Virus record (IMG/VR): IMGVR_UViG_3300047319_000877
DNA length: 46,976 nt
DNA from: a virus
Direction: 5' to 3' (one strand)
Under the pieces are notes generated by a model. It was given only the letters and a program-made list of their open reading frames with translations. It had not been told where the DNA came from and did no database searches. Every line of letters begins with the position of its first letter. Within the stretch, counting starts at the first letter, position 1. A program made the position numbers and the translations under genes. Shown here piece by piece: positions 33,369 through 42,481 of the stretch.

Positions 33369-34058
33369 ATGTTAGAAACATTCAAACCCAGAGGAATCGA
33401 TCCATTTGTCCCATCGCTACGCTCGGTCCAATCTAAAAGTTTAGATGTATCCGCAGAACAATTCGATTACATTAAACGAATTCTAGATAAATGTTGTTCA
33501 GATAGTCAGTTCGCCGAGAAGGCATTCCATTCAATTAGTTTAGTCCTCACAGGAAAGTCATTTCCTCCCCCCATAGTCAGTAGTTTGAATCCAAACACGA
33601 TCCTCTTAGGATCACCATCATTCGATATCATCGTACATGGCACGGGATTCGATTCAAATAGTAAAATCGTATTCAATGGATTCGAGGAACCAACTACATT
33701 CATCAGTTCCACTGAGGTGTCTACGGGAGTAGACATGGATGTGTGGGTCGCACCAGCAGTAGTTCCAGTTGGTGTAATGGATTCTCATGGATCACTATCT
33801 AACACAATAAATTTCACGTTTGGAGCTGCACGAAGTGCAGTTACGCTAGTACATGGCTTGAAATCAGATAAATCTGATCATGAAACTTATTCAGGACATG
33901 ACTTGGATGAAAAGTCAGACAAGATAATTAAAGATGAGAAGAAGGCATCGGATAAATTGAAGGAAGATATTCAGAAGAAACTTATTCCTGGTTCCCTAAT
34001 TCATCCTCCTAATCCCTTGATTCATTCAAATCATCCAGAGAAGAAATCTGATAAATGA
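33369..34058 (+). CDS. IPT/TIG (Ig-like) domain protein (229 aa) with K/D/E-rich tail
   Basis: PPIVSSLNPNTILLGSPSFDIIVHGTGFDSNSKIVFNGFEEPTTFISSTEVS fits the IPT/TIG pattern. Confidence 0.5.
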   Translation: MLETFKPRGIDPFVPSLRSVQSKSLDVSAEQFDYIKRILDKCCSDSQFAEKAFHSISLVLTGKSFPPPIVSSLNPNTILLGSPSFDIIVHGTGFDSNSKIVFNGFEEPTTFISSTEVSTGVDMDVWVAPAVVPVGVMDSHGSLSNTINFTFGAARSAVTLVHGLKSDKSDHETYSGHDLDEKSDKIIKDEKKASDKLKEDIQKKLIPGSLIHPPNPLIHSNHPEKKSDK

Positions 34059-34072
34059 TTCCTTCGGAATCA
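34056..34072 (+). terminator. Hairpin TGATTCC-ttc-GGAATCA overlapping the stop codon
   Basis: 7-bp stem read directly. Weak T-tract afterwards. Confidence 0.3.
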
Positions 34073-34141
34073 GTACAAAGATTTACACGCAGTTACACGG
34101 GTTGACATCTAATCACGTAATTAGTTTCCGGGCCAAGGCCC

Positions 34142-34157
34142 GCGTGTAAATACGAGG
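34142..34157 (+). promoter_or_regulatory. Late-motif copy GCGTGTAAATACGAGG, abutting GC hairpin 34129-34142
   Basis: Lies 7 nt before the ATG at 34165. An inverted 10-mer copy ATTTACACGC sits at 34081-34090. Confidence 0.5.
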
Positions 34158-34164
34158 CAGTTAG

Positions 34165-35658
34165 ATGGTATCTGGATCACTCACAAAAACACAACAACTA
34201 GAGATTACATATCCTCCCATCATAGATGAAGGGGGGAACATCGTCCCTGCGAGTTCATTTCAATGGTTCGCATCGAATGAATCAGTCGTTGTGACTCCAA
34301 TCAGTAGTAACCCAATCAAAGGTCTAGTCAAAGCATTGGATTTAGGCGAATGTGAAGTTTGGGTCACTGGTGTAACGATAGATGATGGAGTTACAGTAGA
34401 AGGTGAACACGTATCCATTGAAGTGGTGAATAATCAAGTGGTTCATACATACACTTTTGGAAGTCCAACACTCAGTACACCAGTTGAACAAGTAGTCGAT
34501 GTATTAAGTGGATTCTTTGTAGCCACTGATGGGTTGGATTCCAATCTTGGTACTGATGTAAACAGTCCATTGAAAACTATCAATGAAGCACTATCCAGAC
34601 TAAGTCCTGGTGATATATGTTACGTTCGAGGCGGCAATTACGCTGAGAATATTACATGGGTTCCTTCGGGTACACCTGATAATCCAATCACTCTAAAAAA
34701 TTATCCAAATGAAACTCCCTGGTTGAAGCCATCATCCCCAAATCCAGGTGGTCACGTAATCTGGTTAGATGGAAATATTAGTTACTTCGATTTCGATGGC
34801 ATCAATATAGACGGGATTCCATCAAGTCAAGTCTGTATATGGACTTCAACTAATAATGGATTGGATCCACATCACATTCGTATCATGAATGCTGAACTAA
34901 TCGCAGGTCCACAAGGTGGCGCGGGTGCTGTACATTTCGGAGCACATGGAGCTGATGTTCCAATCGGTGCAATTGGTTCAAACACAGCAAAGAATCTGAA
35001 GATTCACGGTGGTGGATTACCCGGATTGTGTGGATTTGCGTGTGCATCATACGCGGTTTACATCAGTGGGCCAAATAACATCATTGAAGACTGTGAAATG
35101 TGGGATGTGTCGGGCGCATTCATTCAATTGTATTCACGCGGAGACCCCGCTGATGGAAACATCATACGAAATAACATAATGCGTGATTTATCACGGGCCG
35201 GGGCTGATTCAGAAATATGGGGAATCTTGTCTTTAGGTGATGATAATCAGATTTACAATAATCTAATCTACAACATTACATTCGTTGGTACAAACCTCGG
35301 AGGGAATAGCGCCATCTCCCTATCAGGTAAGCGAAATAAAATCTATAATAACACAATTTACAATAATGCAAACAATGGAATGAACATTGATTCTAATGGA
35401 TTAGACAATCTGATAAGAAATAATATTTTCTTTCAGAATAAAGGCACAAATTTAATCGATTTGGGTACAGGAAACATTCAAGATCATAATTTAATTGGAG
35501 TCGATCCCCTCTTTATGAATACGGGGGCCGGTCCCTACGATTTCCATCTAAAAAGTGGGAGTCCAGCAAAACACACCGGGATAGCTGTACCAGAAGTAAC
35601 TGATGATTTAGATGAAGTGGTACGTAGTTCGACTCCTTCAATCGGTTGTTACGAATAG
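34165..35658 (+). CDS. Big_2 Ig-like domain plus right-handed parallel beta-helix (pectate-lyase-fold) protein; putative depolymerase/tailspike-type enzyme (497 aa)
   Basis: FFVATDGLDSNLGTDVNSPLKTINEALSRLSPGDICYVRGGNYAE (DUF1565-like start). Repeated NN[IT][IF][YR]N beta-helix rungs (IIRNNIMRD, IYNNLIYN, IYNNTIYNN, LIRNNIFFQN). Confidence 0.7.
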   Translation: MVSGSLTKTQQLEITYPPIIDEGGNIVPASSFQWFASNESVVVTPISSNPIKGLVKALDLGECEVWVTGVTIDDGVTVEGEHVSIEVVNNQVVHTYTFGSPTLSTPVEQVVDVLSGFFVATDGLDSNLGTDVNSPLKTINEALSRLSPGDICYVRGGNYAENITWVPSGTPDNPITLKNYPNETPWLKPSSPNPGGHVIWLDGNISYFDFDGINIDGIPSSQVCIWTSTNNGLDPHHIRIMNAELIAGPQGGAGAVHFGAHGADVPIGAIGSNTAKNLKIHGGGLPGLCGFACASYAVYISGPNNIIEDCEMWDVSGAFIQLYSRGDPADGNIIRNNIMRDLSRAGADSEIWGILSLGDDNQIYNNLIYNITFVGTNLGGNSAISLSGKRNKIYNNTIYNNANNGMNIDSNGLDNLIRNNIFFQNKGTNLIDLGTGNIQDHNLIGVDPLFMNTGAGPYDFHLKSGSPAKHTGIAVPEVTDDLDEVVRSSTPSIGCYE

Positions 35659-35670
35659 CCCTTACGGGCT
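35657..35670 (+). terminator. Hairpin AGCCC-ttac-GGGCT overlapping the stop codon
   Basis: 5-bp GC stem with tetraloop. A second GC hairpin at 35683-35696 abuts the next motif copy. Confidence 0.3.
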
Positions 35671-35695
35671 AATGAATATTTCCGGCCCCTGGGCC

Positions 35696-35711
35696 GCGTG
35701 TAACTACAAGA
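35696..35711 (+). promoter_or_regulatory. Late-motif copy GCGTGTAACTACAAGA
   Basis: Lies 27 nt before the ATG at 35739, directly 3' of the hairpin GGCC-CCTG-GGCC. Confidence 0.45.
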
Positions 35712-35738
35712 TATTCATGCAGTCTCAGGAGATATAAG

Positions 35739-35969
35739 ATGCCTATTCAGTCAATTCCATTAGGTCCGTCTACACTAATACTTCAGAATGTTGTATACGC
35801 ACTTCCAGCTAAACTCTGTACCATCTTATCATCTGCCGCCATCGATGGATCTACTGATGGCAGTACGTGGAGTGCAATCACGGGAGCTAATACAGTTGGT
35901 GCATCTACCGCCGCATCATTTATTCGATGTACTACAGGTAATACAACAGTTACATGTAAGTCAATGTAA
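35739..35969 (+). CDS. Small hypothetical protein (76 aa)
   Basis: GGAG SD. S/T/A-rich. Confidence 0.5.
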   Translation: MPIQSIPLGPSTLILQNVVYALPAKLCTILSSAAIDGSTDGSTWSAITGANTVGASTAASFIRCTTGNTTVTCKSM

Positions 35970-35995
35970 ATTCAGAAACACAGTAAGGAGATAAG

Positions 35996-36607
35996 ATGGC
36001 ATTCCCATATTTCGAGCAGGTTACACGGGCCTACGAGGAATTACTTGAAGAAGGTGAAATCAAAGAAAGAACTGTTCAAGAAGAAGTTGAACAGGACAAA
36101 GGATTACTAACACGTAGAGCCGGATATTACGTAAATCGAGAAGATGACCCTGATATTGGAATTCTTAAGAAAGAAACTGGGAATAACAGTCAAGGATATT
36201 CAGTAGATCTACTGATTCATAAGAATGGAACATTTTGGGATGTAGCCACTGATGTGAAGGGATTAGCTAGTCCAGTAAATGGTGGTCCATCAGGTCCAGA
36301 CCCTGAACTATCAGCTAATGGATGGACTGAACCTACAGCAGATCTAGCTAATTTAGAAGAATCAGAAGAAGGTGGATACGATCTAACTAAAGATGCGCCG
36401 CCATATGATGAGGCGAAATCAGTTCAATTCGGAACTGCGTGTAATGACGTGTATACTGAAAGTAAAGCTAGTCCGGATGGAGGAATGATTGCAGTTCATT
36501 CATTCAGATGTAGCTACGACTATTACGTCAAAGGAATTCCATGGGATGAATGTTATCAGAAACATGTGAATGCATTCCGTCTAGAATATGGATTACCTCC
36601 CCTCTAA
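35996..36607 (+). CDS. Hypothetical protein (203 aa) immediately upstream of the large terminase
   Basis: AAGGAG SD. No motif recognised. Position would suit a small terminase or lysis enzyme, but this is not supported by sequence. Confidence 0.5.
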   Translation: MAFPYFEQVTRAYEELLEEGEIKERTVQEEVEQDKGLLTRRAGYYVNREDDPDIGILKKETGNNSQGYSVDLLIHKNGTFWDVATDVKGLASPVNGGPSGPDPELSANGWTEPTADLANLEESEEGGYDLTKDAPPYDEAKSVQFGTACNDVYTESKASPDGGMIAVHSFRCSYDYYVKGIPWDECYQKHVNAFRLEYGLPPL

Positions 36608-36631
36608 TTTTTATTTCTCACGTGGGAGCGT

Positions 36632-36647
36632 GCGTGTGAAACATTGG
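36632..36647 (+). promoter_or_regulatory. Late-motif copy GCGTGTGAAACATTGG (weaker 3' half)
   Basis: Lies 35 nt before the terminase ATG. Preceded by the hairpin CACG-tgggag-CGTG. A tandem ATGGAATG(G)AATTAG repeat follows at 36654-36690. Confidence 0.35.
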
Positions 36648-36682
36648 GATGAAATGGAATGAATTAGATGGAATGGAATTAG

Positions 36683-38347
36683 ATGGAATCAACTAAAGTC
36701 AGACAGATAATCGACCCAAATAGTTGGCGTCCCGAGCCAAAACAAGAGTTATTTCTGTCAATTCCAACAACAATTAAAGAGGCATTTTATGGAGGAGGAG
36801 CGGGTTCAGGTAAAAGTGACGTACTCCTTTTATATGGGATTGTCCATCGATGGCACGAGAATCCTAAATATAAACAAGTGTTCATGCGTCGTACGTTCCC
36901 CGAACTTCGTAACGAAATCATCCCAAGATCTAGAGAGTTGTATCGCAGGTTTGGAGCAACTCTTAATAAAACTGAAATGTGCTGGACGTTTCCCAGACCA
37001 GATCAATTCGGGACTGGAACTTCTACTAAATATGGACCCCACAACGAAGGTTCAATGATTTTCTTAGGTCATTGTGAGAATGAAGATGACGTGCATCAAT
37101 ATGATACGATGCAGATTAATCTTTTCACCCCAGATGAACTTACTTCAATCACAGAATGGATCTATCTCTATATTGGATTTCAACGGGTCCGATCACCTGT
37201 GCCAGAATTGCCCGCTATTATACGTGCCGCCGGAATGCCGGGAGGTATTGGACATACATGGACCTACAAGAGATTCATTAAACCATTCCCTAAAGGTGGA
37301 AAGATAATTGTCGGACGTGGTGGCAATAAACGGATTTACATTCATTCAACCCTTGAAGATAATAAATACATTGATCCGACATACAAACAATCATTACAAG
37401 GAATCACAATTGAGGCTGAGAGAAAAGCTAAACTTTATGGCGATTGGGACGCCTACCAGGGCCAAGTCTTTGATGAATTTCGTGACAGAAAATTCGATGA
37501 CGAACCAGAGAATGCATTACACGTCATTGAACCATTCAGTATACCAGAGTGGTGGCCCCGGATTGTAATAGGTGACTGGGGGTTCGCCGCAATGACATGG
37601 ATTGGATATTGTGCAATCAGTCCATCAAAGAGAATATACATCTATCGGGAACAACATTGGATTAAGACAAAGATATCCGAATGGGCGCAACATGTTAAAG
37701 TTTATGTGGATAAAGAGAATCCTCGTCTCATTAGGTTTTGTAAATCTGCGGGACAGGATAGAGGACAGGAACATACGATTCAGCAACAAATTGAGGAGGA
37801 ATTACAACAGACAATTGAACTGAGTAACAACACACCCGGAAGTAGAGTAGCTGGTAAGATTCTAATCCACGAATATCTCAGATGGCATCCAAAACAAATT
37901 AACCAAAATGAAATAGGTATGTATAATGAAGATTACGCAATGTGGATTATGCGAAATCGCGGAATGATCGAATACAAAAGTTACTTGAATTCATTTAATC
38001 CAATTGAACCCGAAACCAATATTCCAAAATTACAGATATTCAAAGATGCGTGTCCAGTATTGGTGGAAGCGATTAAAGCGTGTAGTTATGATAAACCCAA
38101 AGGAAATAAACCTGCTGAGGACATCGCAGAGTTTGATGGAGACGATCCTATTGATGGTCTTCGCTATATCGTCGACGCTGCTGAAAGTTTCTTTGATGAT
38201 GCTAATACTGAATTTAAGAAAATCCAAGCTCAAGAAGCGTTAGTCAATAAATTAAATCAAACCAATGATTGGACGGCATACTATCGAAACATGAGTAAAG
38301 TGGAATCTGAGGAAACAACTCATCCAGTCGGTAGGTATAGACATTGA
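36683..38347 (+). CDS. terL: Terminase large subunit (554 aa)
   Basis: Walker A FYGGGAGSGKSD near the N-terminus. C-terminal nuclease-type IVIGDWGFAAMTW and FDGDDPIDGLRY. Size and position fit. Confidence 0.85.
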   Translation: MESTKVRQIIDPNSWRPEPKQELFLSIPTTIKEAFYGGGAGSGKSDVLLLYGIVHRWHENPKYKQVFMRRTFPELRNEIIPRSRELYRRFGATLNKTEMCWTFPRPDQFGTGTSTKYGPHNEGSMIFLGHCENEDDVHQYDTMQINLFTPDELTSITEWIYLYIGFQRVRSPVPELPAIIRAAGMPGGIGHTWTYKRFIKPFPKGGKIIVGRGGNKRIYIHSTLEDNKYIDPTYKQSLQGITIEAERKAKLYGDWDAYQGQVFDEFRDRKFDDEPENALHVIEPFSIPEWWPRIVIGDWGFAAMTWIGYCAISPSKRIYIYREQHWIKTKISEWAQHVKVYVDKENPRLIRFCKSAGQDRGQEHTIQQQIEEELQQTIELSNNTPGSRVAGKILIHEYLRWHPKQINQNEIGMYNEDYAMWIMRNRGMIEYKSYLNSFNPIEPETNIPKLQIFKDACPVLVEAIKACSYDKPKGNKPAEDIAEFDGDDPIDGLRYIVDAAESFFDDANTEFKKIQAQEALVNKLNQTNDWTAYYRNMSKVESEETTHPVGRYRH

Positions 38348-38688
38348 TTCAAGAGATTCTGAGAAAATGGTTTGGACTCAATGATCCAGTCTGTGAAGTC
38401 TGTGAAGTATTGAGAGGTCAGTTGGAACGTAGTGAGAGGGAAAGACATGAATTGTTGGTCAGATTATTAGATCCTCCGGGTGAAGTGCGTGTAAATACAC
38501 CGGAGGAAGAAATCAAACCAATTAAACCACAACATATTCCTTGGCGAGTAAGACAACAAATATTGGAACAAGAAGATAGACATAAAGCTAAAGTAATGAG
38601 AGATAAGGTTCAAGAAATTGCGGACTTAGAGAAGGAACTTGGAGTCAGTCAGAGTCAGACTATTGATTCACAGTTAGGGAGTAAGTAG
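38344..38688 (+). CDS. Hypothetical protein (114 aa), TTG start overlapping the terL stop (TTGA)
   Basis: No in-frame ATG near the 5' end. N-terminal CEVCEV. Charged helical C-terminus. Confidence 0.45.
   Translation: MIQEILRKWFGLNDPVCEVCEVLRGQLERSERERHELLVRLLDPPGEVRVNTPEEEIKPIKPQHIPWRVRQQILEQEDRHKAKVMRDKVQEIADLEKELGVSQSQTIDSQLGSK
38487..38502 (+). promoter_or_regulatory. Late-motif copy GCGTGTAAATACACCG inside a CDS, in the loop of CCTCCGG...CCGGAGG (38473-38506)
   Basis: The 12-mer is identical to the copy at 34142. Confidence 0.35.
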
Positions 38689-38696
38689 GAGGAGTT

Positions 38697-38882
38697 ATGG
38701 CTGGACTTGGACCTAGTTGGCTACAAGAAGCACGTAAGAAAATGGAATCTAAAGGAACAGTCGGGGCTTTCGGTAAGGCAACTCCTAAGAAAATAGCGGC
38801 AGGTAAGAAACAAGGTGGCTTGCAAGCAAAGCGCGCAACATTCGCACAAAACATGAAGAATATTGCGAATAAAGGGAAGTAA
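38697..38882 (+). CDS. Small basic protein (61 aa)
   Basis: AGGAGG SD. K/G/A-rich. Confidence 0.55.
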   Translation: MAGLGPSWLQEARKKMESKGTVGAFGKATPKKIAAGKKQGGLQAKRATFAQNMKNIANKGK

Positions 38883-39053
38883 ATGGTTACATTAGTTTTA
38901 ACCATCGCATTATTTGGATTCATTGTTTGGCTTATCACTCAACTCATTCCAATGCCTCCTCAATTCGTTGCAGCAATTTATGCAATTTCATTGATTTTAA
39001 TTCTATTGTATGTGTTTCGAGTAGTTGGATTCCATGATATTCCAATCAGGTGA
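38883..39053 (+). CDS. Small two-TM membrane protein (56 aa, MVTLVLTIALFGFIVWLITQLIPMPPQFVAAIYAISLILILLYVFRVVGFHDIPIR); holin-like or virion membrane-active
   Basis: Not in the ORF track. The ATG directly follows the upstream TAA. Two hydrophobic stretches. Confidence 0.55.
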   Translation: MVTLVLTIALFGFIVWLITQLIPMPPQFVAAIYAISLILILLYVFRVVGFHDIPIR

Positions 39054-39056
39054 AAT

Positions 39057-39623
39057 ATGGGAATTTGGAGTACGATAGGACACGCGGCGCTACAGTACGG
39101 TCCATATGTAGCGGCACCATTTACAGGTGGGGCATCATTAGCATTAGCACCAGCAGCGGCAGCAACTAATGCAGCATGGAATGCAGCTCAACAAACTACA
39201 GCAACTCCTGGTGCAACCAGAACTATGAATCAATATGGTCCATCAGGTCTAGTCAGTAAAGGACAAATATTGACACCTGAACAATTACAAGGAATGTTTC
39301 CTGGTGGTGACGTATCAGGTAAGGCACCAGCTTCAATTATTAGTCCTGGAACTAGTCCTGATTCTAGTAGTCAGACTGGAAGTCCAATAGGTCCATCAAA
39401 TCCATCAGATTTAGCTAGTCAAGCTGGTGGAGGAAATGTATTTAAACCACTAACATCATACGCACAACCTAAAGGTCTATTCAGTCAAGCTCTTGGAATG
39501 ATGCCAGAAGATTCAAGTAATCCGAATCTTTCGACGGCATTAAATCAGGGTAAAATGAATGCGCTGAGAAATCAACCTTGGCGTTCATCTAGAGGAATTT
39601 ATCCGAATCAGGAGGGTCAGTAA
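39057..39623 (+). CDS. Protein with hydrophobic N-terminus and S/P/G/Q-rich disordered remainder (188 aa)
   Basis: Composition read from the translation. Confidence 0.55.
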   Translation: MGIWSTIGHAALQYGPYVAAPFTGGASLALAPAAAATNAAWNAAQQTTATPGATRTMNQYGPSGLVSKGQILTPEQLQGMFPGGDVSGKAPASIISPGTSPDSSSQTGSPIGPSNPSDLASQAGGGNVFKPLTSYAQPKGLFSQALGMMPEDSSNPNLSTALNQGKMNALRNQPWRSSRGIYPNQEGQ

Positions 39624-40064
39624 ATGGGATTCATGGATGCTCTTGGTGCAATGGGTGGTCAAATGAGTGGACCATTACCACAACAATATATGAATCAAGG
39701 TCCACAACCAGAAGGGCCACAAAGAGAACCAGATCCAATGGGGCAACCTCAACAATCACAATTACCACCAAATATAATGGGTTCGCCACAGATGGGTCAA
39801 AATACGGGTATTACAGGTAGAGGTGGACCAGGAATGTATGGAGGTGGATTTACAGGTAGAGGACCACAACAAATGCCTCAGATGGGACAAGGTGGAGGAA
39901 TGGGTCCTAGTCCACAAATGATGCAACAAATGATGATGCGTAGACAGCAACATATGCAACAACAACAAATGCAAAGACCACAAATGGGGCCAGGTGGCCC
40001 ACAATCAAGATTTAGACCAATGGGTCAACAAATGATGGGACAGCCTCCAATTCAAGGGCAGTAA
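39624..40064 (+). CDS. Q/M/G/P-rich low-complexity protein (146 aa)
   Basis: GPQQMPQMGQGGGMGPSPQMMQQMMMRRQQHMQQQQMQRPQMG. TAATG coupling to the portal gene. Confidence 0.6.
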   Translation: MGFMDALGAMGGQMSGPLPQQYMNQGPQPEGPQREPDPMGQPQQSQLPPNIMGSPQMGQNTGITGRGGPGMYGGGFTGRGPQQMPQMGQGGGMGPSPQMMQQMMMRRQQHMQQQQMQRPQMGPGGPQSRFRPMGQQMMGQPPIQGQ

Positions 40065-42481
40065 TGACTAAAAGTAAAGAACTATCGGACGAAATTAAAA
40101 AGTCTCTAGACGAAATCATCCATCATTTCGATGATGAGGATAGATCTGTCAGAGATAGACAAATCAAACAATGGCGTCGATTGAAATTATTGTGGGAAAA
40201 TGTTCAGCATGTGTATTACTCTGAAGTAGCCCATGATTGGCGGATTCCTGAATCTGAACGAGGGGATGATTCAGATCAGGGATACTACGATAAGCCAGTT
40301 AATGTATATCGTGCATACTTGGAATCAATCATCGCGGCTCTGAGTGTATCGGTTCCAGCGATTATTTGTTATCCAGATGATGCAGATAATCCATTAGATA
40401 TAACTACGGCTCGAACTGGAGATAAAATAGCTGAGTTGATATTTAAGCACATTGATGCACCAATATTGTGGTTACATGCATTATTTGTGTATTGTACGGA
40501 AGGAATGACTGCGTGTTACACGTATCCACATGAATCTGATGAATATGGAACATATGAAACTAAACAATACGACGAATCAATTGAAGATCATGAATTAGGT
40601 ACGTGTCCATTCTGTCAGGCTGAAATGTATGATAAGACGGTTCCTCCTGTAGATCCATCTCAACCTATACAACCACAAGGATTAACTCCTATCACTAATC
40701 CTAATGCAATGACTCCAGATGGTATGATTCCTGATGAACAGGAGGAACCAGATGAATTCATGCCTGGTCCTGTAATGAATCAATTAGAAGAATGTCAATC
40801 ATGTGGTCGAATGGTTCTACCACAGAAATCACAACAATCATTAACTGTAACGAGATTAGTTGGAGTTACTAAACATGCAAAGAGTCGAGTATGCATGGAA
40901 GTATTCGGTGGATTGTTTGTAAAGATTCCAGTGTGGGCACGTAATCAGGCGGATTGTAGTTACTTGATTTACAGTTACGAAACACATTATTCAAATGCAA
41001 TGGCGGAATTTCCGGATTACAGGGATAAAATTACACGGGGTGGGGCGGGATATGATATGTATGAACAGTGGGGTCGAACCTCACCACAATATAGGGGTGA
41101 ACATCCAATCAATAATGTGACGGTTCGTAAAGTATGGCTTCGGCCAAGTGCGTATAATGTGGTGAATGACGATGAAATGAAGGATTTAATTAAGGATTTT
41201 CCGGATGGAGCTAAGATTTGTATTGTGGATGATTGCATCGTTCATGCGGAAAATGCTTCATTAGATGATTCGTGGACTATTACAAAGAATCCATTGTCGG
41301 ATTTCGTTCATTTCGATCCGTTGGGAGTGTTACTAACATCGGTTCAAGACATTACAAATGATCTAATCAGTCTAACTGTTCAAACCATAGAACATGGGAT
41401 TCCACAGACATTCGCGGACCCAAAAGTATTAGATTTCAAGGCATACCGTGATAGTGAAGTAATTCCAGGTGGAATCTATCCAGCTACTCCACGATCGGGT
41501 AAAGCTATATCTGAGGGATTCTATGAGGTCAAAACAGCTACTTTAAGTCAAGAAGTCTTACCATTTGCACAAAAGATGCAGGAAATAGGTCAGTTGGTAT
41601 CTGGCGCACTTCCATCATTATTCGGCGGTCAAATGTCGGGGTCTAGAACTGCCAGTGAATACAGTATGAGTCGATCCCAAGCCTTGCAAAGGTTGCAGAC
41701 TACATGGAAGATGTTACTAGCATGGTGGAAGGAAATATTCGGTAAAGCTATTCCATTGTACATTAAAATAATGGTAGATGATGAAAAACAAGTTAAAAAG
41801 AATGAAATGGGTAATTTCGTCAATGTTTTCATCCGTAAATCTGAGTTAGAAGGTAAGATTGGATCGGTTGAGTTGGAAGCTAATGAGAATCTTCCAATTA
41901 CATGGAATCAACAAAAAGATGCAATTATGGAATTATTCAAACTAAATAATGAAGGAATCAATGCAACTCTTGCAACTCCTGAAAATATGCCGTATTTGAG
42001 ACGCGCAATCGGACTAACTGATTACGTGATTCCTGGTGAAGATGATCGAAATAAGGAATACGAAGAAATTGAACAACTTATAAATAGTGAACCAATTGAA
42101 ATGCCACCAGATCCAATGATGGTGCAACAAGCTCAAATGAATGGAATGCCACCTCCTCCACCACAAAGACTGCCATCAGTTGAAATAGATCCAGATTTGG
42201 ATAATCATCAATTGGCATCAGATATAGATCGTAGATGGCTTGTATCTGATGCGGGTAGACTCTGTAAATTGGAGAATCCTCCAGGATATGAGAATGTATT
42301 GTTGCACATGAAAGCTCATACGATGGTGATTCAGCAACGTCAAATGATGGCACAACAGCAACAGATGCAACAACAAATGGCTATGCATCCTCCACCAAGT
42401 CAGGGTAATGGAGGTTCAGCACCTAAACCACCGAGTGGTGCCGGTCAGGAGACAAATAATGCGCAACCAACTATTCAATAA
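40064..42481 (+). CDS. Portal protein (805 aa) with a Q/M-rich C-terminal tail
   Basis: Size and position between the terminase block and scaffold/capsid. No motif-level proof. Confidence 0.6.
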   Translation: MTKSKELSDEIKKSLDEIIHHFDDEDRSVRDRQIKQWRRLKLLWENVQHVYYSEVAHDWRIPESERGDDSDQGYYDKPVNVYRAYLESIIAALSVSVPAIICYPDDADNPLDITTARTGDKIAELIFKHIDAPILWLHALFVYCTEGMTACYTYPHESDEYGTYETKQYDESIEDHELGTCPFCQAEMYDKTVPPVDPSQPIQPQGLTPITNPNAMTPDGMIPDEQEEPDEFMPGPVMNQLEECQSCGRMVLPQKSQQSLTVTRLVGVTKHAKSRVCMEVFGGLFVKIPVWARNQADCSYLIYSYETHYSNAMAEFPDYRDKITRGGAGYDMYEQWGRTSPQYRGEHPINNVTVRKVWLRPSAYNVVNDDEMKDLIKDFPDGAKICIVDDCIVHAENASLDDSWTITKNPLSDFVHFDPLGVLLTSVQDITNDLISLTVQTIEHGIPQTFADPKVLDFKAYRDSEVIPGGIYPATPRSGKAISEGFYEVKTATLSQEVLPFAQKMQEIGQLVSGALPSLFGGQMSGSRTASEYSMSRSQALQRLQTTWKMLLAWWKEIFGKAIPLYIKIMVDDEKQVKKNEMGNFVNVFIRKSELEGKIGSVELEANENLPITWNQQKDAIMELFKLNNEGINATLATPENMPYLRRAIGLTDYVIPGEDDRNKEYEEIEQLINSEPIEMPPDPMMVQQAQMNGMPPPPPQRLPSVEIDPDLDNHQLASDIDRRWLVSDAGRLCKLENPPGYENVLLHMKAHTMVIQQRQMMAQQQQMQQQMAMHPPPSQGNGGSAPKPPSGAGQETNNAQPTIQ

